From assembly GCF_902713615.1 (NCBI RefSeq), contig NW_024055443.1, positions 186,001 through 250,000 on the forward strand: a DNA stretch of 64,000 bases. The letters are read 5' to 3'. Below the pieces are notes generated by a model, which was not told the origin of the DNA, did not search any database, and was given only the letters and a program-made list of their open reading frames with translations. The stretch is from Scyliorhinus canicula. Taxonomy: Eukaryota. Below, piece by piece: positions 51,231 through 64,000 of this stretch; position 1 is the stretch's first letter, and the number at the start of each line of letters is the position of its first letter. The position numbers and the translations under genes are program-made.

Positions 51231-54200
51231 CTGTATATTGAAAATAGGATCACATTGATTGTGTGATATAAACATTGACAAGTACTGGTGCAGTATTAAT
51301 TGAAACAGAGTGTCCTGTATTATAAACAAAGGCAGAGTCTAGTCTAACAAAAATACAGATGAAGTCCAATTTAAAATTAGCAGAGGCAGCAGTAATTATT
51401 GAGGCAATGTCTGCTTCATGTAATGCAAGACATCTCGATTTAAATTCCATCTGCTGGCCAAACTTTGCAATTGCAGCCACTGTGAAAATGTCCCTGTCAG
51501 GTATAATCCATGATGTTGATGTATCCATAATCCATTTCCATAAATGTAAGATCACATCGTCTTCTACGGGAGGTGCCAAATTTTAAGGTGTAACTAATTG
51601 CAGGTGTGGCTGGCTGATTCTCCCACATTGAGATCAGCACGAGAGCAAAGCGGCTCAATTCCTGGTCACACGTTTTTGTTCATCTTTGTTAAATAGAGGA
51701 ATGTTTACCTGGGCGTTGTATGGAGTCCATGGGAAATGTAACATTCATCTAACAAACATAGTGTTGGGGAGAATTTATTGATTCATTATACCACCTGCAA
51801 AATGATTGGGGCCATTGTATCCGAAGCTTCCCAGGAAGGTCACATGGGATTTTAGTTTTAAAGGGGAAATATGGGTGTGCGTGTAAGACAGAGAGAATGC
51901 GTGTGTGAGAGACTGTGTGTGTGTGTCTGTGTTTGTGTGAATCACATGTTGCGTACAATTAAATTTCACAAAGGCCACGGCATCCTTCTATTTCCAATAG
52001 ATACATTGGAAATATTTCCACAAATGTAGCGCATGAAGCTCCCAATTGTCTTTCTGGGTTGTCATTTCCTCGGTTTGTGTCCATTTCAAACCTGCTAAAT
52101 CCACTGGTCCTGGTGGCTCACACCAGCCCACCGGAGGTGTCGCCATTTTTTGCAGTTTGCAGATGGTGACACACAATTGCGATGTTCAATGTTTAGGCTT
52201 CGGGACATTATATCACACTTGGAAGAATCCTTGAAGTGGAATATCGGCCTTCCCACTGGGTGCGTGGCTCCGGCTACTTCGCAAAGTGGAAATTTCTTCG
52301 TCGTGTGACTATGTCCGAATTAGGGACCAGACTGGAAATGTGCAAACCACCTACTTTTAATTGTCTTGAAGAGACTTACAAGCTCTGTCTTTGAGAAAAC
52401 TGCCGCATTTCTGATTGTGTCCGGCCAGTAAATATCCATAACGCATTGCGGACAATAAAGATGACATTGGCTGAGCTATTTTTCTTCACAGGTGCAGGTG
52501 TTCCTTGTTTCACAGCCATACAAGAAGTTTCTGGGCGTTCAGGCCTTATAAACCACCTGCTTGTTCCAAAGGGTCAGATAGATGTTATTCCATGAGCATT
52601 CAATGAGTAAAACAACGGTCGTAAATGTTTTCCCCCATGAATTACATTCTACATCAAGGCAGTCTCTCACCATGGAAACTCGGGAGCAGAATCTGCTCAC
52701 CGGCTCTTATTTAGTGTGACCATGGCGAAAGTGCAACACCTTATCAACAACCACGATTTTCCTCATGCTTATGGTAAGGAAGAACAAGATACAGGCACCG
52801 AGGACACAGTCTATGAGTCTCTGAATATGTTGTTTTGTTTTGATGATCGAATTTTCAGCGTAGAGGAATTCTCTGATGAGGATGTATTGTGATTATGTCT
52901 CCGTTTTGACGACTAAGAGGTTGTAGAGGTTGCAGCCTGACCGAGTGTGTTAGTGGATTTTATTCTTGTCTTCAGGTAAGGCGAAGATCAGCAGCATGGA
53001 GAGGAAGCTGCCGAATAGAGGTGGGTGTGGGACATGGTCCTCTTTCACTCAATTATTCACTTAGAATCTGTCGGAAGTGGAATGATCACTCTGTCCCCGT
53101 GCAGTGCATTTTACCATGGAAGGAGTGAATGCCACAGGGGAGCTTCAGAAGTCAGCCAATTTCCCCCAAATCATATAGCCCCTACTCTGTGGACAGTGTC
53201 GAATATTTATCGAGATTGACGAAAGTAAGGTGAAGAGGTAGGCATGTGGCAGAGGGAGCAGATCATGTCCAGAGTAAACCTTGTGACGCAAACACAGCAC
53301 CATTCTTCCAGCAACATTTGGCCTGAAAGCAGATGAAGTGTTTAAAGTATGACCATTGGAAAGGCCTTCCCAGTGCTGCTATAAGTGAGATATGTCACTA
53401 GTTGCTGCAGTCTCCTCTGTCCACTTTATTTTCAGATATTGGTTATGATTTTGCATCATGAATCTCCTGTGGGATGGGTTATATCTTCCAGGAAAGAAGG
53501 CGTTGGTCATAAATGTTCAGAAACATAGCAATAATATTCACCAATTTTCGTTCATTTATGAATATAAATAATTAGATTCACAAATTGCTATCGTTCCACA
53601 AAGTACAGTTTTAAATTAAGTTATACGGTGTGGCCATCGAGGGCTCGGCCATGACTTATTGTCCATCGCTAATTACCTTTCACAAAGAGGCGGTGAACTG
53701 CTTGTTTGAACCTCTGCAGTCACTCTGGTGTAGGTACACCGACGATGCTGTTAGGGAGGCAGCTGTAGGTTTTTGAATCAGCGACACTGAAGATTCTGTG
53801 ATATATTTCCAAGTCAGGATAGTGAGTGATCTGGAGGAGAATTTCCAGGTGGTCATCTTCCCATGTGTCTGCTGCCTTTTCCTCCTGGAAGGTAATGGTC
53901 CTGGGTTTAGAAAGTGTTTCAAGGGAGACTTGCTGCGCTCCTGCAGCTCATCTTGTGGATGGTACATGATTGCCATTGTTAGTCGGTGGTGGATGGAATG
54001 AGTGTTTGCGCATAGGGTGGCAATCAAGCGGAGCTGCTTTGGCCTGGAAGATGTCAGAGTATTCAATTACAGTCCTGACTTGTGCCTTGCAGATGGTGAA
54101 CAGACTTTCGGAATCAGGAGGTGAGTTGCTCGCTGCAGGCTTCCGAGACGCTGAACGGATCTTGTAGCCTCAGCATTTATATGGTTAGTCCAGTACCGTT

Positions 54201-54304
54201 TCTGGTCAATAGTAACCCCAGTGTATTGATCGTGCGGGATTCAGCGATGGCAGAATCAGTCAATATCAAGTGACGATGGTGAGATTCTATTTTGCTGGAG
54301 ATGA

Positions 54305-54675
54305 AAATGAAAATGAAATGAAAATCGCTTATTGTCACGAGTAGGCTTCAATGAAGTTACTGTGAAAAGCCCCTAGTCGCCACATTCCGGCGCCTGTCCG
54401 GGGAGGCTGGAACGGGAATCGAACCGTGCTGCTGGCCTCTTGATCTGCTTTAAAAGCCAGCGATTTAGCCAAGTGAGCTAAACCAGCCCCTAAAATGAAA
54501 TGAAAATCACTTATTGTCACAAGTAGGCTTCAAATGAAGTTACTGTGAAAAGCCCCTAGTCACCACATTCCGGCGCCTGTTCGGGGAGGCTGGTACGGGA
54601 ATCGAACCGTGATGCTGGCCTGCCTTGGTCTGCTTTCAAAGCCAGCTATTTAGCCCTGTGCTAAACCAGCCCCAG
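54305..54675 (-). mobile_element. Two tandem short SINE-derived copies
   Basis: AAATGAAAATCGCTTATTGTCACGAGTAGGCTTC...CTAAACCAGCCCC repeated twice. Confidence 0.75.
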
Positions 54676-57600
54676 ATGGTCATTGTTTAGCAATTCCGTG
54701 GCGAATATTACCAATTGTCACAATTCACAAAGTTAAATAATGATATTAATCAATTATCATCAACTCACAACATAAAACGTTATATTTACCAATTATGATC
54801 CACACCTTTTTTACAAACTGTAAATGCAATTCATTCAAGGGAGGTGGATTTGAGACCAGGAAGAGATCAGCCATGATGATTGAATGGCGGAGCAGGCTCG
54901 AAGGGCTGAACTGCCGACTCCGCTCCTAATTCCTATAGTCATATGTTCAACATAATTTAATTGAGATAGGATTGACTATTCTGTCACAGAGTAGTCACAT
55001 CTGCATCAGAATTCAATGTTAAATGGAATTAAACCTGACCGAGGATAATGTGCAGCTACCCAGCAGCTCTGCGCTGTTTGGTCAGTAATCTCCTCATCGT
55101 CACACAGAATCTCCAGACTGGAGTGTGAGATGTATTTTTAAATGATTTTTAAAGTGTCAGTAGAAATGAAAATGTCTGTACCTAATGTGACGCTGATGAA
55201 TCTTTGAATCCCAGTATGTTATTACAATGATTTGGAAACTAATTCAACGTCTGCAGCTGTCCACTGAGTTTCACAGTATTTCAGTTTTCACATTAATGTG
55301 TTTTCAGTCTGGTGTCTTCATTAATTTGGGTGAGGACATCTTGAGTGACCTTATGTACATGAAATTACCACCTGTTCCAAATATTACAACCGTCCCCCCT
55401 CAACGTCATCATGTTCCTGCTTTCTGTCTTTGAGATGAAGATTCGCCATCAGCAGAGAAGAATCACCAGAACCGCAGGATATCTCAAGTTTCCTCTTAGT
55501 GACGTCCATCTCATCAGTTCCCGATAGTCTGGGGATGGAATTTATCCAGGAAAGCTTGAGCCACCGAATGCATTATACTGACACAAATTATAAAGGGCCT
55601 GATTTAATTTGGGAAGTCATCAAGCACAAAACTGAGAATGTAGAACAGCATCTTTCAGGACCATCTATCCATGCATCCATCAAACCCATTCACCGATTCC
55701 ACAATCAAAATATTCAGGCATCTAACAAACATCCATCCCTACATCAAAGTATTAATCCCTTTATCTTTTGGGTCGGTCGTGGGGGGGTATTATTAGCATT
55801 GGACCAATAATCCAAAGGCCCGGGCTAATTCTGTGGGGGCTTGGGTACAAATCCCACCATGGCCGGTGGGGGAATTTGAGTTCAGTTAATAAATCCGGAA
55901 TACATACTAATGGTCACCATGAAACCCCCTCTGCTTCACTAATGAAGGAAATCTGACATCCCTCCCTGGTCTCACATACATGTGGCTCCAGTCGGCAGCA
56001 ACATGTCTGACTCTTCAGTTCCTTCTGAGCTGGCCCAGAAAACCACTCAGTTCAACAGCAATTAGGGACAGGGAACACATGGTGGTCTTGACAGTGGCTC
56101 CCACATTCCATGGAAGAATAAAGGGAAAAATACGTAAATGTACATGTTTATCTATTACAAAATGTCGCCCCTGTCTGATAGTCTGTTTGTGTTCCTATCC
56201 ACTATCACAATGTTATGAGATGTGGGAGAGATACTCCAGCCGGCGATTGCTACGATTGGTCAGAGAAGCTGGATAACTCTCATTTCCTTAGGGATGGGAA
56301 CAGTTCAAATAGGTTCACAATTTAAAACATAAAAAGATCTCCAGTACTGTTGCTGGGTAGATTTGTTTATAAATAGTCCTCATTGACAATGTTAAGAGTT
56401 TGAAGTTGGATTGCAGCCAAGCGGTCAGTACTGAGCAAACAGATCTTTGAAAAAAAATACAGATGTTTCCTGTAAACAACATTGAACATTCGAGCCTCCC
56501 TGACTGCAGGCGTCTGGATTGCTGCCAAGTACTGTGTGGGGCAGATTAGCCTGAATATGAATGGACACAATGGGATTTATCCATTCAAACAATAAATGTT
56601 TCAGTCGCACATGAAGTGAACGTTTTAAATGGTGTTCCATGCAAAGAAATATATTCACTGAATGTTTTGTTCACTATGAGATTAAACATGATCGGAAAAT
56701 AGTAACCTGACCAGATGCTATTTAATTTATATTAGTTCTGAGTAAAGATCACTCTAGTTATTAAAGTCCGTTTGTTGAGAACCGAATGAAGTGAGAGAGT
56801 GAGTGGTGTTGATGGACACAATCTACAAGTTCAATAAGATGACTCCAATTCCAAAAAATAAAATAAAATGAAATAGAAGTAAATAAACTGCATTGAACGC
56901 GGGGGGGTTCCTGGAATATTCTCCGAGTTGTTGATCTCCGTTAAACGGAGGCGTCTCTTATACCCGATTAACACCGTGTTCTGTACAGTTTAATTTGTGC
57001 TGATTTCCATTATTTAACAGTACCTCTCATTGCTGCCAATAAGTGGAGAAATGACCAGTTCATGACCTGCTTCAGTGGAAGATAAAACATTTATTCCTGT
57101 GATATTGTGTAATATGCCACAAAGTCCTGATATCCTGTGTTCCCAACACCAGTGAATGTTAGACAGCCGCTGGTCAGTAAAATTAGCGGCAATGATTTGG
57201 ATGCTGAAGGATAACTTTGCAGATCGCCGCGTCCGTTCTGATTCATTAACTTCTCTGTCAAAAGCTGGTGTGAATTTTATGTTTCTCTGTCAACTCACTG
57301 CTGAATTATCAGGCAAGTGGCTTCTTTTGCCGCTAATGTTCACAGGACTGTCTGAGGCTCAGGGGTAGTTCCAGAAATGTGAAGAGAGACATTGTGTAAT
57401 GTTAGAGTTTCTTCTTGTCGACAGACCCACATTGTACAGTGATGGCCATCCGCACTGCAAATGTAATCACGTCATTCATTCCCTCATTTAGTTACATTTC
57501 GTCTGATGAATTATACTTTATTGTTGGAATGCGATAGAGTCCCGGAGTGTTGCAAATCTGACTGACAGACTATTTGTTCCCAGATAATGTAATTTAATCT

Positions 57601-57830
57601 GTTTATGTTCATCCCTTTATATTGAAGTGTGTAAATAAAGAGACTTCATATATAATGGAATTAGATTTTACTTAGAGATGTTCAAATATAAATTTCCATT
57701 CGGATGAGGATAGACATTACAATGAATCTATTCAGCCAATCAAATATACCGATACCGATCTAAATGTCTTTTTTAAATTAAAAGTCTACAGTAAATCTCT
57801 GTGTCCATTCTATTGGGGGTGTGGAAGGTG

Positions 57831-57912
57831 GGACGTGGATCCAGTCGCCGCCTCCACCAGGGAATCAACAGGCGGCGCCTGGAAAGCCGCCCCCTTCTGC
57901 CGGGTATTTAAA
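57831..57912 (+). promoter_or_regulatory. VH promoter: CRE-like GGACGTGGAT and TATA-like TATTTAAA, no octamer
   Basis: Motifs at 57831-57840 and 57905-57912; no exact ATGCAAAT/ATTTGCAT seen in the 400 nt upstream; octamer-less promoters are typical of shark IgH. Confidence 0.5.
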
Positions 57913-58003
57913 TGCCGCTCACTGGGACCCGAATCCAACAGTCCGGGAGCTGGTTTGTTCACTGAGTTCCTGACACAACCATTTCCCCCAAATGGCCAGA
58001 AGG

Positions 58004-58483
58004 ATGAGGTGGGCCATTTCTCTCAGTTTGTTGCTGACTTTCTTATCCCGTGAGTAGTTTTTATTGTCCAAGTCTCTCACTGTTACTGTCTCAGTGTTAG
58101 TCTCTCTCTGGAATGTTCCAGAGTCACCAATCATTTCACCAGCATTAATCCTCGGGCTTTTTGATATATTTTTACAGGTGTCCAGTCGGATGTTGTGTTG
58201 ACTCAGCCGGAGGCAGAGACCGGGCGTCCCGGAGGCTCCCTGACACTGACCTGTAAAACCAGCGGCTTCAATCTTGGCAGCTCCTACATGGCCTGGATCC
58301 GCCAGGTTCCCGGACAGGGGCTGGAGTGGCTGCTTTGGTACCATACTTCATCCAGCAACAACTACGCCCCAGCAATTAAAGATCGATTCACTGCGTCCAA
58401 AGACACTTCGAACAACATCTTCTCTTTGGCCATGAGGAGCCTGAAGACCGAAGACACCGCCATCTATTACTGTGCAAGATGGG
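58004..58483 (+). CDS. IGHV: IgM-type immunoglobulin heavy-chain V gene, apparently functional (leader 58004-58049, intron 58050-58177, V exon 58178-58483)
   Basis: [67 protein letters not shown]...DTAIYYCAR; GTGAG donor, CAG acceptor. Confidence 0.95.
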
Positions 58484-58522
58484 CACAGCGAGAGGAACCA
58501 GGGCTGGACCCGCACAAGAACA
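58484..58522 (+). promoter_or_regulatory. 23-RSS of VH
   Basis: CACAGCG + 23 nt + ACAAGAACA. Confidence 0.88.
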
Positions 58523-58892
58523 GCTCGAGAGAGAATTCAGCAACTTACAGCTTAACCTGAAGGTCAGCACTTGATTCAAATGTAATATTAATGTCAGTGA
58601 TCAGAGTCATTGCACACGCTGCTTCTTACATAACTCACACAGAGAAAATTAAACTGTAAAAGCGAACAAACCAATCGATCTAACAGGATGAGCTTTTGTC
58701 TGTTTATATTTACTGTTCACAGTTTCAGCAATTAGAGACTTGGCTATAATCCTGGTTTTATTATTTCTGATTCTTGGAGAAAGTGTATGTACATTGGGTT
58801 TGATAAACTGCTGTCAAATTGTAAATTAGATCCGAAGTAAACGTGTATTTGAAGTGAATATTGAGCGGTAAGACTGTACAGAGAGTGAGTGC

Positions 58893-58970
58893 AGTTTTTG
58901 TGCGGGTGTCTGTCACTGTGACTACAGTGGGTCACAGTGCTGTGCACAGCGACATCCTCATACAAAAACC
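58893..58970 (+). other. IGHD: IgH D1 (ACTACAGTGGGT, 58921-58932) with 12-RSS and 22-RSS
   Basis: AGTTTTTGT-12-CACTGTG [D1] CACAGTG-22-ACAAAAACC, the classic shark D1 12/22 layout. Confidence 0.93.
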
Positions 58971-59273
58971 TCAGTGAAAGAGCTTGTTCAAATTGGTGAT
59001 CAGCGCCACAACAGGATTGTCAACGTAAATGAATTTTAAATAAAACAAAGTTTGCAAGTAATATTAGTTTGCAAAAAGGTATAAAAATCTTCCACTTTAT
59101 CACTGTCGACCGACTCGCTAAATCTGCACAGAGGGTTTAAAAGTGTTCCGATCCTCTTTAATGACCAGGACAATCTGAAATAACTCGCCTATTCGTTCTT
59201 GGAAGAGACAGAGTTAGCTTTTGGGAGAGCAGTGAAATTAAATATCTGTATTTTATAGTTAACAGTCTGCCGC

Positions 59274-59339
59274 AGTATTTGACACGCTGTGTCTCACTGT
59301 GATAACTGGGGCACAGCAGTTACTATCAATACAAAAAGC
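59274..59339 (+). other. IGHD: IgH D2 (ATAACTGGGG, 59302-59311) with two 12-RSS
   Basis: AGTATTTGA-12-CACTGTG [D2] CACAGCA-12-ACAAAAAGC. Confidence 0.9.
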
Positions 59340-59661
59340 CCCTCAGCACTAATTAACTGAAGCTGGCTCAGTGCTCGCTTTTACAATCCAACTTTATTCA
59401 CAGTGAAGCATTATTTATTTCCAGCACTGACAAAATAATAAGAATTAATTTGGAATATTGGTGGTCGTTATTTAGTCACAGTTGGTGTTTTCAATAACAT
59501 TTCCATGTCTGTGAAATGTAAAACATTCGGTCATTTATGAAGAGAGAACGGTATGCACAAATATTAATATAATTTCCTGGAAATTAATCGTGAATTTTCT
59601 TTGCCATTGGTTTGTGAATATTTAAAATAATGGTGGATTTCTGTCTATTTTGTGCAGGTGC

Positions 59662-59748
59662 GGTTATTGAACGGAGCTGCCCAGGGAATATAACACTGTG
59701 ACTACTTCGACTACTGGGGACAAGGCACCATGGTGACGGTGACTGCAG
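59662..59748 (+). CDS. IGHJ: IgH J segment (59701-59748) with upstream 23-RSS (59662-59700)
   Basis: GGTTATTGA-23-CACTGTG then YFDYWGQGTMVTVTA + G / GTAAG. Confidence 0.95.
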
Positions 59749-59859
59749 GTAAGAACCATTCCGTCATTTACCAACTGTTTTACTTGAGTATTTGTTTTAT
59801 ATTTTTCTGCATTTTCAAAATCCATTTGTTCACTGAAATGTGTTTTGGTGGATCATGTA

Positions 59860-61090
59860 TTGCGATGTTGTTGCAATGTTTCATTTGATTCTGCTGAAAG
59901 GGGGATATAGAATCCCGCGGTTTCTTGACAGAAAGATGCTGCTGAGGGATTCAGTCCCTGTTTGCTGTGATTTGGTGTTTATTTGCTGAGGATACTGTGT
60001 GGCTGGGTTACTTTAAATACGAAACGTCTGCTTTTACGATGTTTAATCTCGGTTCTTTCTAATGTCTGCAGTTTGTACCGTCTTCCGCACAAGTGTATGA
60101 GATCGAACCCAATATTTTAAAAATGTGCTAAAGTTTCTGTATTATCTTATTGAACATGTTCTGCTTACTGAAAGTGCTGATGATATTATTCAAGTTTTCT
60201 GTTTAGTTTACCTGTTCATTCATTTGATGACATGAGGGTTTGGTGCATTCTAAATTGAGATTTTCTTGCAATGTTACATTCGATTCTTTTGGAAGTGTTT
60301 GTAGAATTGAGCTGCTTCTCTATGATGTTTCATTCCTTCAGTGATGTGATTTGGTGTTTTTCTGCTGAGGAATGTTTTTGGGTGACTTTGTGTAGGAAGG
60401 TTTGTGAAACGGTTTGGTGTGTCTGTATTGTTTCAACTCGGTGAAACTGAGCGGTTGCACGGTTTGTGATTGAATGCAGAGTCTGCTTGTTTGAAACTGC
60501 TTGTCGCAGGATTGTCGGCAGAGAACAGGGAGGCTGTTAGTGTATCGTGAAAAAAAGTGAAAATTGCAGATTAAACTAAGCCACGTTTTACCACAAATCC
60601 TTTCCGAGCACAAGTTGTTGCTGTAATCAGTTTGCCGTTTGTGCAAAGTTTAATCTCGGTGGCATCTGATGGTTGCAGATTTTACCATGAACTGCAAACA
60701 TTAAAAGCATTTAAATGTGTTTGAAAAATGACTCAGTATGAAAAAAATGGTTAAGTTTCAATATTTATTTGTTGTTAATATTCGAGCACCTCACAATGCT
60801 ATTGCTGTTATTCCACATTTCTGTTTAGTTTAATAATTCATTCATTTGGTGATCAGCTGGTTTGCTGGATATTGATATTTTCTTGCTTAAGTTTGATCCT
60901 GTTCGATGTAGATTTGAATTGCTTCTCCATAAACGGGTTTCAGTCCTTCATTGATGTGATTTAGTGCTTTGTTCTGTTGGGGAGATTGTGTATCTCCATG
61001 ACTTTAAATGATTCAGATCTGTCAGATCTGTCAAACGGTTCAGCGTTTCTGCATTGTTTAAACTCGGTGACACTGAGCGGTTACGTTTTC
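59860..61090 (+). repeat. Degenerate tandem repeats (3 or more copies) in the JH-C intron
   Basis: TTCAGTCC(C/T)T..GATGTGATTT(G/A)GTG motif at about 59950, 60330, 60940 and GTTT(A/C)A(A/T)CTCGGT at about 60041, 60430, 60650, 61056. Confidence 0.65.
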
Positions 61091-63439
61091 TGGCTGAATG
61101 CAAACTGCCTAGGCGTTTGAAAATGCTTGAAGGGCGATTGTCCGGAGAAAACAGCCAGATTTAAGAAAATAATATAATAAAGATATGTTGATGCATTTTG
61201 TAATTTTAACTGAAGATTCCAGATTAAACGAAATAATGACTGAAACGCCCATGCAGAACATAGTAACATTTATATAATTCAAATAATTGCAATGCGGTGA
61301 TACAACTCTATATTAACCTAAGGTTATTATATGTTAATATAATTCATCATTAATCACTGCTGTGTTCTGCACAAGGTTAACATGACCGGACAGGTTTCTA
61401 GGCTGGAAATACTTTGTAATTCCAGTTATTCAATTATTTCTGTGCCGCTGCAACCATATTATCCCTTCACTGTAATGCGTAGTTGGATAGCGAGGTAATT
61501 ATCATTAATCTAATCTTAAACAGGTTTCTGAGATGTGGAAGTCGCTGCCAATCAAGGAATTGTTCCCATGATTTTATTTGTATTGTAGGAAAGTTCAGAT
61601 TGCCTATGGCAAGAGATTGAAAAGTAAAAGCTTGAATGTCAAACCGATTTATTTATTTACAAAAGGTTAACAGTACCTTTGCATTTTATAATGACATCCT
61701 GTCTCCCATAGCTGTGCTCTACACACGATAGAATTATAGGAAGAACAGATGATAGGAAAGAAAGAATGATTATATCTTAGCTTTAGGCTTAAATTTTATT
61801 AAATGCTAAATTCAACATCAAATTGTCAACGCTACTTGCTCATAATGTGTCAGTTTTACAAATGATTTGAATAAACATTACTGAGCTGGTCTCGTTATAT
61901 TCATTACTTTCTGAGAATAGATGGAGTTTATGATTTATCAATGCGTTCAGAAAGGCGCATATTTTGCACATTTGTAGGTCGAATAGGGCAATTGGAGTAA
62001 AAAAAAATTAAAATGTGAATAGAGTCAATTAAATGTTAAGATGTTTCCATCTAGTAATTTGGAGTTTATTGCTCAACATTGTTTGATTGTCAGGTTGTTT
62101 TAATTAAACCCCAATTATTTCATAAAGCTCTGGGTAAAACAAGTTAGGGATTATTGAAAGCCATTTATATTTTATTTATTATTATAGTACAGATAATCGA
62201 ATAAAGAATTAGCTGACAAGTAACAATAACTTACAATACAATATCAGTGAGAATTAATTCAACATAAATGACCTCCTACAATTGAGTTGTATCCTGGCAA
62301 TATCTCAAATGTTTTAGAGAACTTTAATAATATCTGAAATGAATTTAGGAAACAATACATTTCTTTACACTGCTGTGTACAGGTAAACTCTTTTGCTGAT
62401 TACATTCTTTTGCTCTGATTCTTTTGCTGATTACATTTAATTGTGATTTTAGATCATATCAGTGGGTAATGTGAATATTTTCTGGTTTGTTTAATTATTG
62501 CCCTGTCACTGAGTCTCTGTTACATCATTAATCTGCCCTGAATCTGTAATATTTAATCTGCTCATTTTCAGCAAAGCTACTTTTTGCCCAATTATCGAGA
62601 TTTGAGACAGACAGGGAAAAATAGTTAAAAGTCGAATATGAGATTGAAATTAATGTCAGTTTAATTTCAAATAAATTACTGAATTATTGTTGTCGGAAGT
62701 TGACCACTGATCAATTAGAATCAAACAGTTTCATGAAAGTTGACAGATTGAACAGATCTATCTGCTGGAACTCGATTGTTGTCATGTGTGTCTGATCAGT
62801 TTCTGTGCGTGCGGTCACTGTGCTGGGACCAGGAATCTTCCTGATTGGTTATAAATCTTCTGCTTCATTTTCAAGTATTTCAGGGAGTGCAATTTGTTCA
62901 AGTCCTTCAATAAAACTTGTGTCTGTGAGAAATGTGAAAATTTTACTTGACGTTTGACAAGGCGACTCAGAAAGGTGATTCCTCATCCAGATTGTGACAG
63001 AAAGAATTCAGCAACGCCAGACAGGCTGGAGAAGGAGATTTGGTTGATTTTTAAGCAGTGATATATTGGTCTTGGGAATTTTCGATTAGGCAACGCAGAG
63101 AGAGATTTACTGGGTTACATTCCGTGCTATTGTAATTCTTGATCTATTTAATGGGTCAGTGCAGCGGAGAAATCCCTTTGCATTTTATTTTTAATCCTAT
63201 CCTAGGATTTTGGAGGCGCTGGCAAGGCCAGATTTTATTATATATGCCGAAGTGTCCCCCCGGAAAGTTTAGATGTGAAACATCCTTTAATAATTGCAGT
63301 CCATGTTGCGGAGGGATATCCGCGATATTGTCAGGGTGGGAGTTCCAGAATTTTGACTCGGCGACAGTGAAGGAATGGCGGTGTATTCCTAAATCAGGAT
63401 GGTGAGTGTCTTGGAAGGGAACTTGCAGGTTTTGGTGCA

Positions 63440-64000
63440 CTCATACATCGACAGAAACATATGCACACTCTCGCTCTCTCACACACATTCTCTCATCCTC
63501 ACACAAACTCATTCTCTCACACACATAATCACAATACTTCTTTCAAACATACACACTGTGCCTCGCACACAATGACTCTCGCAATCTCACTCTCAGACAC
63601 ACTGTGACGATCTGCCTCTCTCACACACACATTCGCTCACACGCTCTCACTCGCACACGCTCTATCGCACACGCACTCTCTTTCACCAAATCTCTCTGAT
63701 ACACCTTGCCCCTCTCTCTCTCTCACCCACTCTCAAACACACAGACCCTCTCCCTCACATACATGCATAATAGCTCTTCAAACACCGCATGTTTTCTTTC
63801 AGGCTCTCTCTCACACGCATTCCCTCTGATACATACACAATATCTCAGACGCACACAAACTCGCCAACATATTATTATCCTCTCACTCTCACGCACTCTC
63901 ACACGTGCACCCTGGCACATGCCCTCTCGCTCGTGGACACTGTCTCATTCTCTCTCTCTGACAATCTATCTCTCTCTTTCAGGCATGCAGTATCTTACTC
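63440..64000. repeat. (CA)/(CT)-rich low-complexity microsatellite
   Basis: Degenerate ACAC/CTCT runs. Confidence 0.85.

Noticed and set aside
51250-52900. Possible DNA-transposon or host exon remnants (e.g. ORF 51250-51579)
   Set aside because: No motif I can recognise with confidence; needs a translated HMM search
58468-58474. Embedded TACTGTG cryptic heptamer (V-replacement signal)
   Set aside because: A consequence of YYCA codons found in most V genes; not distinctive

Overview
Cartilaginous-fish (shark) genomic DNA, inferred from HE1-type tRNA-derived SINEs, CR1/L1/Tx1/Penelope relics and shark-type antigen-receptor segments; the species cannot be fixed from sequence alone. The left part is a T-cell receptor alpha/delta V region. 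It holds one intact + strand TCR V gene (leader 5720-5765, V exon 5971-6278, 23-RSS) and a complete - strand NAR-TCR cassette: leader + VNAR-like V (12140-11664), a single 12/12 D (11260-11272), a J (10881-10829) and a leaderless supporting V-delta (9266-8961). A decayed TCR V pseudogene lies at about 14.7-15.0 kb. The most unusual feature is that the 23-bp-spacer recombination signal of the supporting V-delta is amplified into a tandem array of 10 complete RSS units plus 1 partial one (8327-8960). The right end carries an intact IgM-type VH-D1-D2-JH cluster (58004-59748, + strand) whose constant region is not in the window, so IgH and TCR segments co-occur on this scaffold. A 388-N gap (27674-28061) separates them. 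The middle is repeat-rich: a deleted L1, a Penelope element with inverted ends, an old 5-7 kb tandem duplication, minisatellites and two tRNA genes. V/D/J/RSS and tRNA coordinates were counted by hand; repeat boundaries are approximate.
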